A stretch of 64,000 nucleotides of DNA from Gammaproteobacteria bacterium 45_16_T64 (GTDB lineage Bacteria; Pseudomonadota; Gammaproteobacteria; Pseudomonadales; Ketobacteraceae). A program made the translations under genes and the position numbers. The notes beneath the pieces were generated by a model. That model was not told where the DNA came from. It worked only from the letters and a program-made list of their open reading frames with translations, and searched no databases. Below, in pieces: positions 1-9,595 of this stretch (positions within the stretch are counted from its first letter, which is position 1; each line of letters starts with the position of its first letter). The stretch spans positions 222,031 through 286,030 of the forward strand of contig MABD01000037.1 of NCBI GenBank assembly GCA_002162955.1, in the 5' to 3' direction.

Positions 1-57
1 TTGGGAGTTACCAGTACAATGAGGCTCCAAACCCATCTATCACAAGTTACCCCCTTT

Positions 58-753
58 ATGCGTCTTGATAAATTGCTCAGCAACAGCACAGGCATTAGCC
101 GGACAGAAATCAAAAAAGCCATTAAACAGGGTAAAGCTGTTGTTGACGGAATCGTCGCAAAAAGCGGATCCGCACACGTAAATACCGATCAAGAAATATC
201 CTTATTCGGACAAGCAATCAACGAGGCCTCGCCTCGTTACTTTATGCTCAACAAACCGGAAGGGGTTGTTAGCGCCAATCGGGATGCAGAACACCCAACA
301 GTACTCGATCTACTTATAGACGAGCCGATGTACGAAAAGCTGAATATTGCCGGTCGACTTGATATTGATACCACTGGCTTAGTGTTGCTAACAGATGACG
401 GGAAATGGCTACACAATATAACCAGCCCCAAGAAAAAATGTAACAAACGTTATTTGGCTACAACGAAGGCTCCTATAGATCCCAATTCAGTCGCTCTATT
501 CGAGCAGGGCATTATGCTAAAGGACGAGTTAAAACCCACTCATCCCGCAGTACTCAATATACTTACTGAGAACACCGCTGAACTCATCATTTCAGAAGGG
601 CGTTACCACCAAGTAAAGCGCATGTTCGGTGCGACGAACAACCGAGTCATCGCGCTACACCGCGCTGCCATTGGTCAGATCACACTTGATCCCGACCTTC
701 TTTCAGGCGAATACAGACCCTTAACTCAAGCAGAGATCGACAGCATAAAATGA
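58..753 (+). CDS. rsuA: 16S rRNA pseudouridine(516) synthase RsuA (S4 domain + pseudouridine synthase). The ORF track starts at 1 with TTG, but the MRLDKLL start at 58 matches the canonical RsuA N-terminus.
   Basis: Near-colinear similarity to E. coli RsuA from memory (MRLDK..., PRYFMLNKP.G, AGRLDIDTTGLVL.TDDG, ISEGRYHQVKRMF). Confidence 0.85.
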   Translation: MRLDKLLSNSTGISRTEIKKAIKQGKAVVDGIVAKSGSAHVNTDQEISLFGQAINEASPRYFMLNKPEGVVSANRDAEHPTVLDLLIDEPMYEKLNIAGRLDIDTTGLVLLTDDGKWLHNITSPKKKCNKRYLATTKAPIDPNSVALFEQGIMLKDELKPTHPAVLNILTENTAELIISEGRYHQVKRMFGATNNRVIALHRAAIGQITLDPDLLSGEYRPLTQAEIDSIK

Positions 754-1814
754 CTGACCTAGCCCTACAATTACTCATTCAAACACTCCATGCATCTGAC
801 TCTGCAGCAACATCAAACCTCTGGGTGCTCGACGAGAACTTAACCGCAGCCGATATCTCTGGTGTCACCAAGCGCAGCCCCGTGCCACTGACACTAATGT
901 GTAATCGCTTTGACCTTCAGCAGCAACTTGCCCAAAACAAGGTTGAGTGCACATTTAGCGACTTCGATTTTTCTAAGTTTGAAAATAATTCGGTTGACCA
1001 ATTATTCTATCGCGTCTCGAAAGAAAAGGCGGTGGTTCACCACGTAATCAATCAAGCCTATCGAATCCTTAAGCCCGAGGGTAAGCTAATTATCGCGGGC
1101 TATAAAAATGAAGGCGTGAAGACCTACATTGATAAAGCCAACAAATACCTCAATGGCGGAAGTGAAAAAACAAAGGGCGGTCAATCATCACACCTAGCGA
1201 TCCTTTCAAAAGGAACAGCTGATTCCAGCGCGCGCTTGGATGACAAAGATTACACATCCCTGCGAGAGCTATCTCAAACAGGCCAATCCTTTGTTAGCAA
1301 ACCCGGCCAATTTGGCTGGAATAAAACCGACAAAGGCAGCGAATTCCTAATCCAGCATCTACCTGAATTACTTAATTCATTACACAAACAACCGGAAACG
1401 TTATTAGATTTAGGTTGCGGATACGGCTACCTGTCACTCATGGCAGCATCGCTCACCCCACTAAACAAGATAACCGCAACTGACAATAATGCAGCGGCAC
1501 TCGTGAGTTGCGAACAAAACCTGAAAAGTACCGATGTCGAATATCAGGTAATTGCAGATAATTGCGCCCAATCTATCCGGGGGCGCTTCGACCTAATCCT
1601 GTGTAATCCGCCGTTCCACCAAGGCTTTGCTGTTGAAAATGATCTCACCCAGCTATTCCTCGAGCAAACCCACAAGCACTTGCACGCTAAAGGCAATGCG
1701 CTGTTTGTGGTTAACCAATTTATTCCCTTGGAACGCAAAGCCAACGACCTCTTTGAGAAAGTCCGCGTGCTGGCCAAAAATAGTAGCTTTACACTTATTC
1801 ACTGTAAACGCTAA
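750..1814 (+). CDS. rsmC: 16S rRNA (guanine-N2)-methyltransferase, RsmC-like.
   Basis: 354 aa with SAM-methyltransferase fold and the NPPFH motif (LILCNPPFHQG). Length fits RsmC rather than RlmG. Overlaps the rsuA stop by 4 nt. Confidence 0.6.
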   Translation: MTDLALQLLIQTLHASDSAATSNLWVLDENLTAADISGVTKRSPVPLTLMCNRFDLQQQLAQNKVECTFSDFDFSKFENNSVDQLFYRVSKEKAVVHHVINQAYRILKPEGKLIIAGYKNEGVKTYIDKANKYLNGGSEKTKGGQSSHLAILSKGTADSSARLDDKDYTSLRELSQTGQSFVSKPGQFGWNKTDKGSEFLIQHLPELLNSLHKQPETLLDLGCGYGYLSLMAASLTPLNKITATDNNAAALVSCEQNLKSTDVEYQVIADNCAQSIRGRFDLILCNPPFHQGFAVENDLTQLFLEQTHKHLHAKGNALFVVNQFIPLERKANDLFEKVRVLAKNSSFTLIHCKR

Positions 1815-1834
1815 CGCACAAACATAAACACTGA

Positions 1835-2584
1835 TTACAGTAATTTACGCGTCGTATATTTTAGTAACCCAGAACGCTCTGCTTTCTCCAGCACAGCGTT
1901 CGCAACAATACGCTGGCGTAATGTTGCCAGCACTACACTAGACTTAAAGAAAGCCCCCACCGCGTTGTGGCACAAAGGAGTAGCAAAACGAAAAGCCGAC
2001 GAAAAATGCTGCTCCATAACACCCTCGACCATCAGGCTGGATGCAGCTAACTCTTTACCCGACACCGTATTCACCACCAAGACGCCCTCTCGCCCCAGAT
2101 GAGATAGCAATTGAGTAACCCAAGAACGCGTTAGTGCAACCGCACGAACCGGCTCACCGCCATCATCACCATATAAGTCATCAATAATGAGATCAAAAGG
2201 AGGTCCCTGATAGGCTTTCAACCAAGACACCGCATCGGCACGATGCAGCACTACATTGGACTTGGTTAAACCGAAGAATTTTTTTGCAATATAGAGATGC
2301 TCTTCTGACAATTCAACACCAATAATAATCTCCGGTGAGAGCAAACTATTGAGTTGATGTAACACTGCCCCCCCACCCACACCCAGCACCAAAACACGCT
2401 TGACTTGCTGCTCCGGCACACAGAAAGCTGGAAGCAATAACAAATCCCATACGCTGCCAGTAATCACTTGGCTAGGGTTATATTGACTATGCAGCACGCC
2501 GTTTGTGTATAATCGACAGGTTTTACCCGCGGAGCGTACTTCATAGCGGGTGTCGCCCACCTCTTTCTGCCATAATATAGCCAA
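1835..2584 (-). CDS. Spermidine synthase-like (PABS fold) protein.
   Basis: GxGxG SAM-binding motif (VLGVGGGAVLHQL) and DLIIDDLYGD, as in aminopropyltransferases. 249 aa. Confidence 0.5.
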   Translation of the reverse strand: MAILWQKEVGDTRYEVRSAGKTCRLYTNGVLHSQYNPSQVITGSVWDLLLLPAFCVPEQQVKRVLVLGVGGGAVLHQLNSLLSPEIIIGVELSEEHLYIAKKFFGLTKSNVVLHRADAVSWLKAYQGPPFDLIIDDLYGDDGGEPVRAVALTRSWVTQLLSHLGREGVLVVNTVSGKELAASSLMVEGVMEQHFSSAFRFATPLCHNAVGAFFKSSVVLATLRQRIVANAVLEKAERSGLLKYTTRKLL

Positions 2585-4298
2585 TATAAAGCCTCAAACT
2601 TCAATTACCGTGGACGTCCCATTGAGCACGCTTAACCTTAACCAGCTGCGCCAAGCATTCCCCATACTACAGGAAACCGCCAATGGACATCCATTGGTTT
2701 ACTTTGATAATGCCGCGACGACCCAAAAGCCAACATTGGTTATCGATGCCATTAACCAGTACTACCAACAACACAATGCCAATGTTCACCGTGCCAGCCA
2801 CTTTCTCAGTACGCAAGCGACAGAACAATTTGAACTAGCAAGATCTCAGGTCCAGCACTTCATCAATGCCCGCCATAGTCATGAAATTATTTGGACCAAA
2901 GGCACAACAGAATCAATAAACCTCATCGCCCAAAGTTATGGTCGATCAAATCTATCCCCTGACGACGAAATACTTGTCTCGGTAATGGAGCACCACGCCA
3001 ATATCGTGCCATGGCAAATAGTCGCCGAGCAAACCGGGGCAACACTCAAGGTTATTCCGGTCACTCAAGACAATCAATTGGACCTTTCGGCATTCGAAAC
3101 CCTACTCACACACAAAACCAAAGTGCTCGCTATCTGCCATGCCTCCAATAGCATTGGAACCATCAACCCGGTCAAGGAAATGATCAAACGAGCCAAATCC
3201 GTCGGTGCCACCACACTGATTGATGGCGCCCAAGCGGTCGCGCACTTTGCCATTGATGTGCAAGATATAGATTGCGACTTTTACTGCTTCTCCGGTCACA
3301 AAATGTTTGGACCCACAGGCATTGGCGTACTGTATGGCAAGAGCGAATATCTCAACAATATGCCGCCTTGGCAAGCGGGCGGGGAGATGATTGAAAGAGT
3401 CTCTTTTGACGGTACAACCTTCAACAGACTGCCCTTCAAATTCGAAGCGGGCACACCGAATATTTCTGGCGCAATTGGTCTCGGCGCCGCCATTCGATTT
3501 ATTCAATCGTTGGACAGCGATGCCCGCGTTCAACATGAAGATAATTTACGCGCCATTGCCATAAAAAGGGCCTGTGCCATTCCCAACCTCGAACTAGTAC
3601 GCCAAGTACAACCTACTGTTAGTTTATTATCATTTAACATTAGCGGGTACCACGCCAGTGATATAGGGATGCTATTAGACAAACAAGGCATTGCTGTCCG
3701 CACTGGGCACCACTGCACAATGCCGTTAATGCAGCACTTAGGTCTTGATGGCACACTACGAATGTCATTTTCTTTTTACAATACCGAAGCTGAGGTACAC
3801 CACGGCTTTGACTGCTTGGAAAAAATCCTAGCGGCGGAGAAAACAACAGGAAACGACTCAACACCTGTTCCAGTTAGCACACTACCCGATATCAATGCCC
3901 TAACAGAATCTTTGCTCGCGGCCAGGGGCTGGGAATCACGCTACAGAATGATCATGCAATTAGGAAAGCAGCTGCCCGCCTATCCCGAACACTTGCGCTC
4001 AGAACAACATATAGTGCCTGGCTGTGACAGTACCGTTTGGCTTTCACATACCCAGTCAAATTCAGCGTCTGAGACAATTACGCTTGAGTTTTCAATTGAT
4101 AGCAATGCACGAATAATCAAAGGGCTATCGGTTATCCTACTGAGCTATTATAACGGCCGACAACCTGAAGATATCCTATCCAGCAATGTCGAAACGCTAT
4201 TTGATACCCTTGGGCTAAGCAAGCACCTAAGCCCGTCTCGAAACAACGGACTGCATGCCATTAACCAGCGCATTCTTGCTATTGCTCAGAATCCTTAA
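2550..4298 (+). CDS. csdA: Cysteine desulfurase CsdA/SufS family fused to a C-terminal CsdE/SufE-like sulfur-acceptor domain. An alternative in-frame GTG start at 2610 would remove the head-to-head overlap with the upstream gene.
   Basis: N-terminal about 410 aa is a class V aminotransferase (FPILQ..., VYFDNAATTQKP, SGHKMFGPTGIGVLYGK, RTGHHC). C-terminal about 140 aa has the SufE/CsdE signature around the conserved Cys (VPGCDSTVWLSH). Confidence 0.75.
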   Translation: MSPTSFCHNIANIKPQTSITVDVPLSTLNLNQLRQAFPILQETANGHPLVYFDNAATTQKPTLVIDAINQYYQQHNANVHRASHFLSTQATEQFELARSQVQHFINARHSHEIIWTKGTTESINLIAQSYGRSNLSPDDEILVSVMEHHANIVPWQIVAEQTGATLKVIPVTQDNQLDLSAFETLLTHKTKVLAICHASNSIGTINPVKEMIKRAKSVGATTLIDGAQAVAHFAIDVQDIDCDFYCFSGHKMFGPTGIGVLYGKSEYLNNMPPWQAGGEMIERVSFDGTTFNRLPFKFEAGTPNISGAIGLGAAIRFIQSLDSDARVQHEDNLRAIAIKRACAIPNLELVRQVQPTVSLLSFNISGYHASDIGMLLDKQGIAVRTGHHCTMPLMQHLGLDGTLRMSFSFYNTEAEVHHGFDCLEKILAAEKTTGNDSTPVPVSTLPDINALTESLLAARGWESRYRMIMQLGKQLPAYPEHLRSEQHIVPGCDSTVWLSHTQSNSASETITLEFSIDSNARIIKGLSVILLSYYNGRQPEDILSSNVETLFDTLGLSKHLSPSRNNGLHAINQRILAIAQNP

Positions 4299-5100
4299 GT
4301 GCTTCCTGCGCTTTTCGCTCAGCCGCACGTAGCATTTTTTCTATCACTTTTGAAACCGCAACAAAACCAAACGTTGCGGTCACCATCGCAGCCGCGCCAA
4401 AACCACCTTCGCAATCTAGCTTTGTATCCCCGTCGGCAAAGATCTTTTGCTGACAAATAGAACCATCCGCCTGAGGGTAACGCAATTGTTCGGTCGAATA
4501 AACACACGAAACACCGTAAACACGAGCAGCATTACGAGAAAAACCATAGTGCCGACGCAACGTCGCGCGAAGCTTTCTCATCAGGGGGTCATTAAATGTT
4601 TTATTCACATCGCCAGTGGTCACTTTAGTGGGATCAATCTGCCCACCAGCACCGCCTATGGTAATCACTTTGATTTTATTACGCTTACAGTGAGCCACAA
4701 TCGCGGCTTTTGAGGACACGCCATCAATGGCATCAACGACATAATTAAATCGGTTGGTCAGGTGCTCTGCAACTGTATCCCGCGTCACAAAATCCTCGAT
4801 AATATTAACCTTACATTCGGGATTAATATCAGCAATACGAGCTGCCATCACCTCTATTTTTGACTGACCAACAGTACTCTGCAATGCATGAATCTGACGA
4901 TTAATATTAGTGACACAGATATCATCCATGTCAATCAAAGTAATCTCACCAAAACCTGATCGCGCAAAACCTTCCGCCACCCAAGTACCCACACCACCGA
5001 TACCAATCACGCAAACATGGGCTTGCTTAAAAACTGCGGTGGCATTCGCGCCATACAAACGCGCGATACCACCAAATCGAAGGTCATACTGCTCAGACAT
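4279..5100 (-). CDS. tcdA: tRNA threonylcarbamoyladenosine dehydratase TcdA/CsdL (ThiF/MoeB E1-like).
   Basis: GIGGVGTWVAEGFARSGFGEITLIDMDDICVTNINRQ Rossmann/E1 motif. Convergent with csdA-csdE, as in the E. coli csdAE/csdL locus. Confidence 0.8.
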   Translation of the reverse strand: MSEQYDLRFGGIARLYGANATAVFKQAHVCVIGIGGVGTWVAEGFARSGFGEITLIDMDDICVTNINRQIHALQSTVGQSKIEVMAARIADINPECKVNIIEDFVTRDTVAEHLTNRFNYVVDAIDGVSSKAAIVAHCKRNKIKVITIGGAGGQIDPTKVTTGDVNKTFNDPLMRKLRATLRRHYGFSRNAARVYGVSCVYSTEQLRYPQADGSICQQKIFADGDTKLDCEGGFGAAAMVTATFGFVAVSKVIEKMLRAAERKAQEALKDSEQ

Positions 5101-5232
5101 GTGAACTCACTTTACTTCTCAAGACCCAGACACTGGCTTTTGGGTCGAACTCTGATAAAGCGTGAAGCATACCATTATCCCAAATCTTGCCCTACTACTC
5201 CCACAGAATTTCTCGAAAATTTACCCGAAGGA

Positions 5233-6462
5233 CTATGGGCCTGTGCTGCCACTGTTCTTTAGCGGGCAGCGCTCCATCGCACGCATTCCAAGGTTATACG
5301 TCCACTGCGGCTGAGAATCCAGTAACTCACTGCGCTCCAATCGCTGACACAAACTCAACAATGCTAACTTTGTCTCAAGGCGAGCCAAAGCTGCGCCAGA
5401 ACACAAGTGAATCCCGTGACCAAACGCCAAGTGTCGTGATGCTGAACGATGAATATTAAACCGGTTAGGGTCATCAACAAATGCACCATCACGATTCGCA
5501 GCCCCCATTAATAGCAGCACCCTTTTTCCCGGCAACAAAATCTCATCACCCAGAGTAATAGGCTCCTTCACCAAACGCCCCATACGCTGTACCGGGCTTT
5601 CGTAACGTAAGCATTCCTCAATGGCAGCATCAACCAATCGAGGATCAGCTCTCAGCGCGGCCAATTGCTCAGGGTGCTGTAACAGTGTTAACCAAGCATT
5701 ACCAATTAAGTTGGTGGTTGTTTCGTGCCCTGCGAAAATCAATAAAATACAATTCGCAATAAGGTGCTCATCCGTAAATGACGGTTGTCGACCCTGTAAC
5801 GCTAGCATTTGAGACATAACGTTATCTCTCGGTGAGCTCCGCTCCTGCTGCAGTAAAGTAGCGAAATAGGCCTTCGCCGCCAAAATATCCTGCTGAGCCT
5901 TGGCCACCATAGAAAGGTCAGTTTTCGCACCCAAAAACTGAGCAATGGTAGTAGACCAAGCCTTTATCTTATCCCTATCTTCTACGGGAACACCCAGAAT
6001 TAGCGCAATCACGATCGCAGGCAACGGATAGGCAAAATCGGCTATTAAGTCGCACTCGTCCGCGTTAACAATATCGTCGATCAATTCATCCACAATACTC
6101 TGAATATCCGCCTGCATCGTAGATATCACTTTAGCGGACAGCGCCTGGTTCACCAATTTCCGTATCGGTGTATGTTCTGGTGGGTCTTGAAATAACATCC
6201 ACTTCGACAACGTCGATGTAAGTGGCTCCACCGCCTGGCGCTGCATATCATTTAGATTAGCCACCATGGGCTTCACCCTATCAGAGGATGCTCGCGGGTC
6301 TAAGAATAACGCCTTCACATAGGGCTGATGAGACACATAATAAAACTCTCGCTCTTCACACCAATAGATAGGTGCGTCCGCCAGTAATCTCTCATAAGTT
6401 GGGTAAGGGTTAGCAACAAATTCAGGGGAACTGAGGTCAAACGCTTGGCTTAACTCTGACAT
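5233..6462 (-). CDS. Cytochrome P450.
   Basis: Heme-binding loop FGHGIHLCSGAALARLE (FxxGxHxCxG) and the ETTT I-helix motif (AGHETTTN). 409 aa. Confidence 0.85.
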   Translation of the reverse strand: MSELSQAFDLSSPEFVANPYPTYERLLADAPIYWCEEREFYYVSHQPYVKALFLDPRASSDRVKPMVANLNDMQRQAVEPLTSTLSKWMLFQDPPEHTPIRKLVNQALSAKVISTMQADIQSIVDELIDDIVNADECDLIADFAYPLPAIVIALILGVPVEDRDKIKAWSTTIAQFLGAKTDLSMVAKAQQDILAAKAYFATLLQQERSSPRDNVMSQMLALQGRQPSFTDEHLIANCILLIFAGHETTTNLIGNAWLTLLQHPEQLAALRADPRLVDAAIEECLRYESPVQRMGRLVKEPITLGDEILLPGKRVLLLMGAANRDGAFVDDPNRFNIHRSASRHLAFGHGIHLCSGAALARLETKLALLSLCQRLERSELLDSQPQWTYNLGMRAMERCPLKNSGSTGP

Positions 6463-6534
6463 ATGATTAATAACACTGTCCTTTTATTTCTTAATCAAGG
6501 GTGGATAACTCACCGAATTTCAATCGCGGCAATC

Positions 6535-7170
6535 TCACGGCAAAGAAGCAATAGTACCTATGTTTTCTGCTAAGAATGCTTTTACGGTATCGACGATAAC
6601 CTGTGTCTGCCTATCGATCTCAACATTGACCCGATCCCCAACCCGCTTCATTCCGTGCGTGGTAATTCGCATCGTTTCTGGGATAAGGCATACACTGAAT
6701 TGTGCTAATGCTTTATCAATACTCGCGACCGTAAGGCTACAACCGTTTAAGCCGACAAAGCCCTTACTAAAGACATATGGCATCAACGCAGGGTCAATTT
6801 GATAGGTAATTATATGGTTATTTTCCGGAGTATCTATTGCGACAATTTTCACCGTATTGTCGATATGACCCGACAAAATATGCCCACCAATTTCGACACC
6901 TTGCTTCGCAGAACGCTCTATATTAACGACCGAACCTGTATCCAACTCCCCAAGAGTCGTTAGCGACAACGTTTGCTGCATCACATCAAAAGAGACTGAA
7001 TGATCATCGATAACCGTAACGGTTAAACAGACGCCGTCCATACCAACACTCGCACCAATGACTAGCTCATCCAGCAATTCTACGGGCAAAGATACAGTTA
7101 ACGTGTGCAGCCCCACTTTTCTTTCAACGTGAACAATGGGGCAAGAAGCTTGAACTATTCCGGTATACAC
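6535..7170 (-). CDS. ribE: Riboflavin synthase alpha chain.
   Basis: MYTGIVQ N-terminus and two lumazine-binding repeats (GASVGMDGVCLTV / GLNGCSLTV). 211 aa. Confidence 0.85.
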   Translation of the reverse strand: MYTGIVQASCPIVHVERKVGLHTLTVSLPVELLDELVIGASVGMDGVCLTVTVIDDHSVSFDVMQQTLSLTTLGELDTGSVVNIERSAKQGVEIGGHILSGHIDNTVKIVAIDTPENNHIITYQIDPALMPYVFSKGFVGLNGCSLTVASIDKALAQFSVCLIPETMRITTHGMKRVGDRVNVEIDRQTQVIVDTVKAFLAENIGTIASLP

Positions 7171-7189
7171 AGATTTATTTTCCTAACGC

Positions 7190-7510
7190 TTACTTTTCTT
7201 TTTCATCCATAACATCCGACACATGCTTGCCGTCTTCTACTGCTTCAAACATTTCCGATGCCATCTCGCCTACTTGACGATTGATAGAGCGAATCGCATC
7301 GTAAACGGTACCCACCGTCTTGTGGTGCAGGTCGCGCTTTTCTTGCGCCTCATCAGCATCCAACAAACCGTTGCGTTCCATTTGCTCAATAGGTATTTCA
7401 GCAATCGTACGATGTACGTCTTCGACAGTGGTTGCACCCTTATCAACAGCCTCTTGTACCATATCTTTGAGAAGCTCTAATTTGTCTAACACACCCATAA
7501 TATCCTCCAA
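7190..7510 (-). CDS. Small acidic hypothetical protein; tandem paralog A, possibly phasin-like.
   Basis: 106 aa. Shares ...KDMVQ...V(E)(D/K)VH.TI... with the adjacent 105 aa ORF. No confident family assignment. Confidence 0.4.
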   Translation of the reverse strand: MEDIMGVLDKLELLKDMVQEAVDKGATTVEDVHRTIAEIPIEQMERNGLLDADEAQEKRDLHHKTVGTVYDAIRSINRQVGEMASEMFEAVEDGKHVSDVMDEKEK

Positions 7511-7520
7511 TTACGTTGCT

Positions 7521-7838
7521 TTATGCGCTTTTACTACCATACATCTCATCAACCATCGCGACAACAGATTTACTGCTCTCCAACGACGTAATGAGCTCTG
7601 AAATTGACGTACCAACCTGACTGTTCAAATCCCTAACTAACTGATAGCTATCAGTAACATGGCGATTATGTTGCTCACGAACAGTACGCACCTCATCGCT
7701 GATAGCCCCCACAACCTCTCCACGCCCAATGACGAAATCCGATATCGTGAGATGCACCTTTTCAACCACATCAACCCCACGTCCCAAGCCAATCTGAACC
7801 ATATCTTTATAAAAATCGACCTTACGAAAAATACTCAT
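7521..7838 (-). CDS. Small hypothetical protein; tandem paralog B.
   Basis: 105 aa, paralogous to 7190..7510 (FYKDMVQ, VEKVHLTI). Confidence 0.4.
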   Translation of the reverse strand: MSIFRKVDFYKDMVQIGLGRGVDVVEKVHLTISDFVIGRGEVVGAISDEVRTVREQHNRHVTDSYQLVRDLNSQVGTSISELITSLESSKSVVAMVDEMYGSKSA

Positions 7839-8200
7839 GATAATACGCCTTTATGTGATTAGTGTGAGCCCCCAATACCCATAACCAACAATCCAGTACA
7901 GAGAGGCTCTTGTTTTGTCGGCGAACAACTTAGTGTCCACCCGTACACCGAATATTGATTGAATGGACGCCCACTGTCAACATCCAACCAAACTTTTATT
8001 AAAAGGCGTTATTTTTTAACATGTTACCGACATTTAGAGTAATCACCTCGTAGACAACAGGACACCAAAACTAACGAAGTTCTCTTTTTTTAGGCACAAC
8101 AATCACTTCCGTTGTGATTAAAATACCAATATTCCACAAATAAAGGTACACTTGTGCACAATAACATCATTACCAAGCCAAACTGCAAGATAGTGACCCT

Positions 8201-8818
8201 ATGAGCACACGTAAAGAGAAGAAAGCCCTTACCCGCAGCGCGCTGATAAATGCCGCCCTGCAATTAGTTGAGGAAGGTGGCAACTTTGCGACCATTAGCA
8301 TCCGCGAGATAGCCAAACAAGCAGGCATTGTTCCCACTGCTTTCTATCGACATTTTAAGGATACTAATGAGCTTGGCCTAAACTTAGTTGATGAGCTCAG
8401 CGTCTGTTTACGACAACTGATTCGTTCGGCGCGGGAGCAAAGCGAAAATCACACTCAGTTGATACAAGAGTCCATTAAAAATTTCGATGAACACCTGAAT
8501 AGTCACCGTGAGCTATTTGTATTTATGACTCAGGGGCGTTCCGGGGGCACTCCACCAATAAGAAATGCCATTCGCAATGAACTCAACGTGTTTGCGTTGG
8601 AGATCGTCAACGATTTAGCGCAGCAACAGTCATTTCCAACACTGACCAGCGCCCAACTAAAAATGGTTGCCGATCTTATCGTAAGCACGCTGGCCTATAG
8701 TGCCACTGACCTGCTCGATCTACATAAGAACCCGGTGCTAAAGAATGAGCGCTTAACGCTTCTAGAATCCCAATGCCGCATTATTTTTCTCGGCGCAGCC
8801 GAATGGAAGTCAGCATAA
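8201..8818 (+). CDS. TetR-family transcriptional regulator (FabR-like).
   Basis: N-terminal HTH ISIREIAKQAGIVPTAFYRHFKD. Sits next to a lipid acyltransferase gene. Confidence 0.7.
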   Translation: MSTRKEKKALTRSALINAALQLVEEGGNFATISIREIAKQAGIVPTAFYRHFKDTNELGLNLVDELSVCLRQLIRSAREQSENHTQLIQESIKNFDEHLNSHRELFVFMTQGRSGGTPPIRNAIRNELNVFALEIVNDLAQQQSFPTLTSAQLKMVADLIVSTLAYSATDLLDLHKNPVLKNERLTLLESQCRIIFLGAAEWKSA

Positions 8819-8898
8819 CGGCATGTTATTTAACAAAAAATAGGAAAGATCATACAAGAAACCGGTGCCACTGCTAGCAAACAATGACACCTAACTAA

Positions 8899-9528
8899 CT
8901 ACTTATCGGTTTTCTTTGCTTTAATACTGTCGATTGAAAAGTATTCTGGACGCTTACCTTCCATACCGATATAAAATTCTTTGAGAGTCTCGAAATCCTT
9001 ATCCACATCCCCTGTTGGCGTCAGTGCTAGACCAACACCTCCCACTTTACGACCCCAATCCAAGTAACTGCATACAATCGGTACATTTGCACCCAGCGCC
9101 ATATAATAGAATCCCGTCTTCCATTCACTCACGTGACCCCGGGTTCCCTCTGGCGGTACCGTCAGAATAAGTGAGTCACTTTCTTTGAGCGTATCAATCA
9201 TTTGATCAACAAGATTATTCCTGCTTCGACGATTAACAGGTACGCCACCAAACCAGCGCATAATGGGACCTTTCCAGCCCTTGAACAATGTGTCCTTTCC
9301 CATCCAATAGATCTTCTGGCGTAGTGTAAATGACACCATGACCATATACACAAAATCCCAATTACTCGTATGCGGAACCGCAATCATGACCGCTCGCGGC
9401 ATAGGGGGTTTTTCCCCTTCAACCTTCCAACCCGTCAATCGCAAAACGATGGCAGTTAATAAACGAAAGAAATGAACAACACCCGGTGTATCAAAAACTG
9501 TGTACGGCATAAAAACTAACAGCCTCAA
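8899..9528 (-). CDS. Lysophospholipid/1-acyl-glycerol-3-phosphate acyltransferase family protein (PlsC-like).
   Basis: H(x)4D acyltransferase motif VPHTSNWD and the EGTR motif (PEGTRG). Confidence 0.65.
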   Translation of the reverse strand: MRLLVFMPYTVFDTPGVVHFFRLLTAIVLRLTGWKVEGEKPPMPRAVMIAVPHTSNWDFVYMVMVSFTLRQKIYWMGKDTLFKGWKGPIMRWFGGVPVNRRSRNNLVDQMIDTLKESDSLILTVPPEGTRGHVSEWKTGFYYMALGANVPIVCSYLDWGRKVGGVGLALTPTGDVDKDFETLKEFYIGMEGKRPEYFSIDSIKAKKTDK

Positions 9529-9595
9529 GTAACGCTATAATAGCCCATAAGAAAGGGGGCGATGATAACACGCCCCCTAGGGATTCGCGATGACT

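Noticed and set aside
1-57. The ORF-track start of rsuA at position 1 (TTG).
   Set aside because: The canonical RsuA N-terminus MRLDK aligns with the ATG at 58. The upstream 19 codons are probably untranslated leader or the tail of an upstream gene outside the window.
237-446. Many short antisense or alternate-frame ORFs inside confident genes (237..446, 1544..1777, 3102..3864 group, 4319..4713, 9198..10250 group, 13604..13957, 18066..18606, 26112..28869 group, 35279..36193 group, 36557..38272 group, 41062..42842 group, 44292..45233 group, 56532..57512 group and others).
   Set aside because: Each lies wholly within a longer ORF with clear family-level similarity on the other strand or frame. 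None has a recognisable motif or a Shine-Dalgarno sequence. Treated as frame noise.
2550-2584. 35 nt head-to-head overlap of the start codons of the spermidine-synthase-like gene and csdA-csdE, considered as possible evidence of a mis-assembly or pseudogene.
   Set aside because: An in-frame GTG at 2610 (VDVPLSTLNLNQL…) aligns better with the CsdA N-terminus and removes the overlap. This is more likely a start-codon call issue than biology.
7862-8200. Looked for an FMN riboswitch upstream of the ribE-containing transcription unit, and for a FabR operator (GTACAC..GTGCAC at about 8136..8152) upstream of the TetR gene.
   Set aside because: No FMN-element hallmark sequences were found. The GTACACTTGTGCAC element is only an imperfect dyad, too weak to annotate without a PWM.
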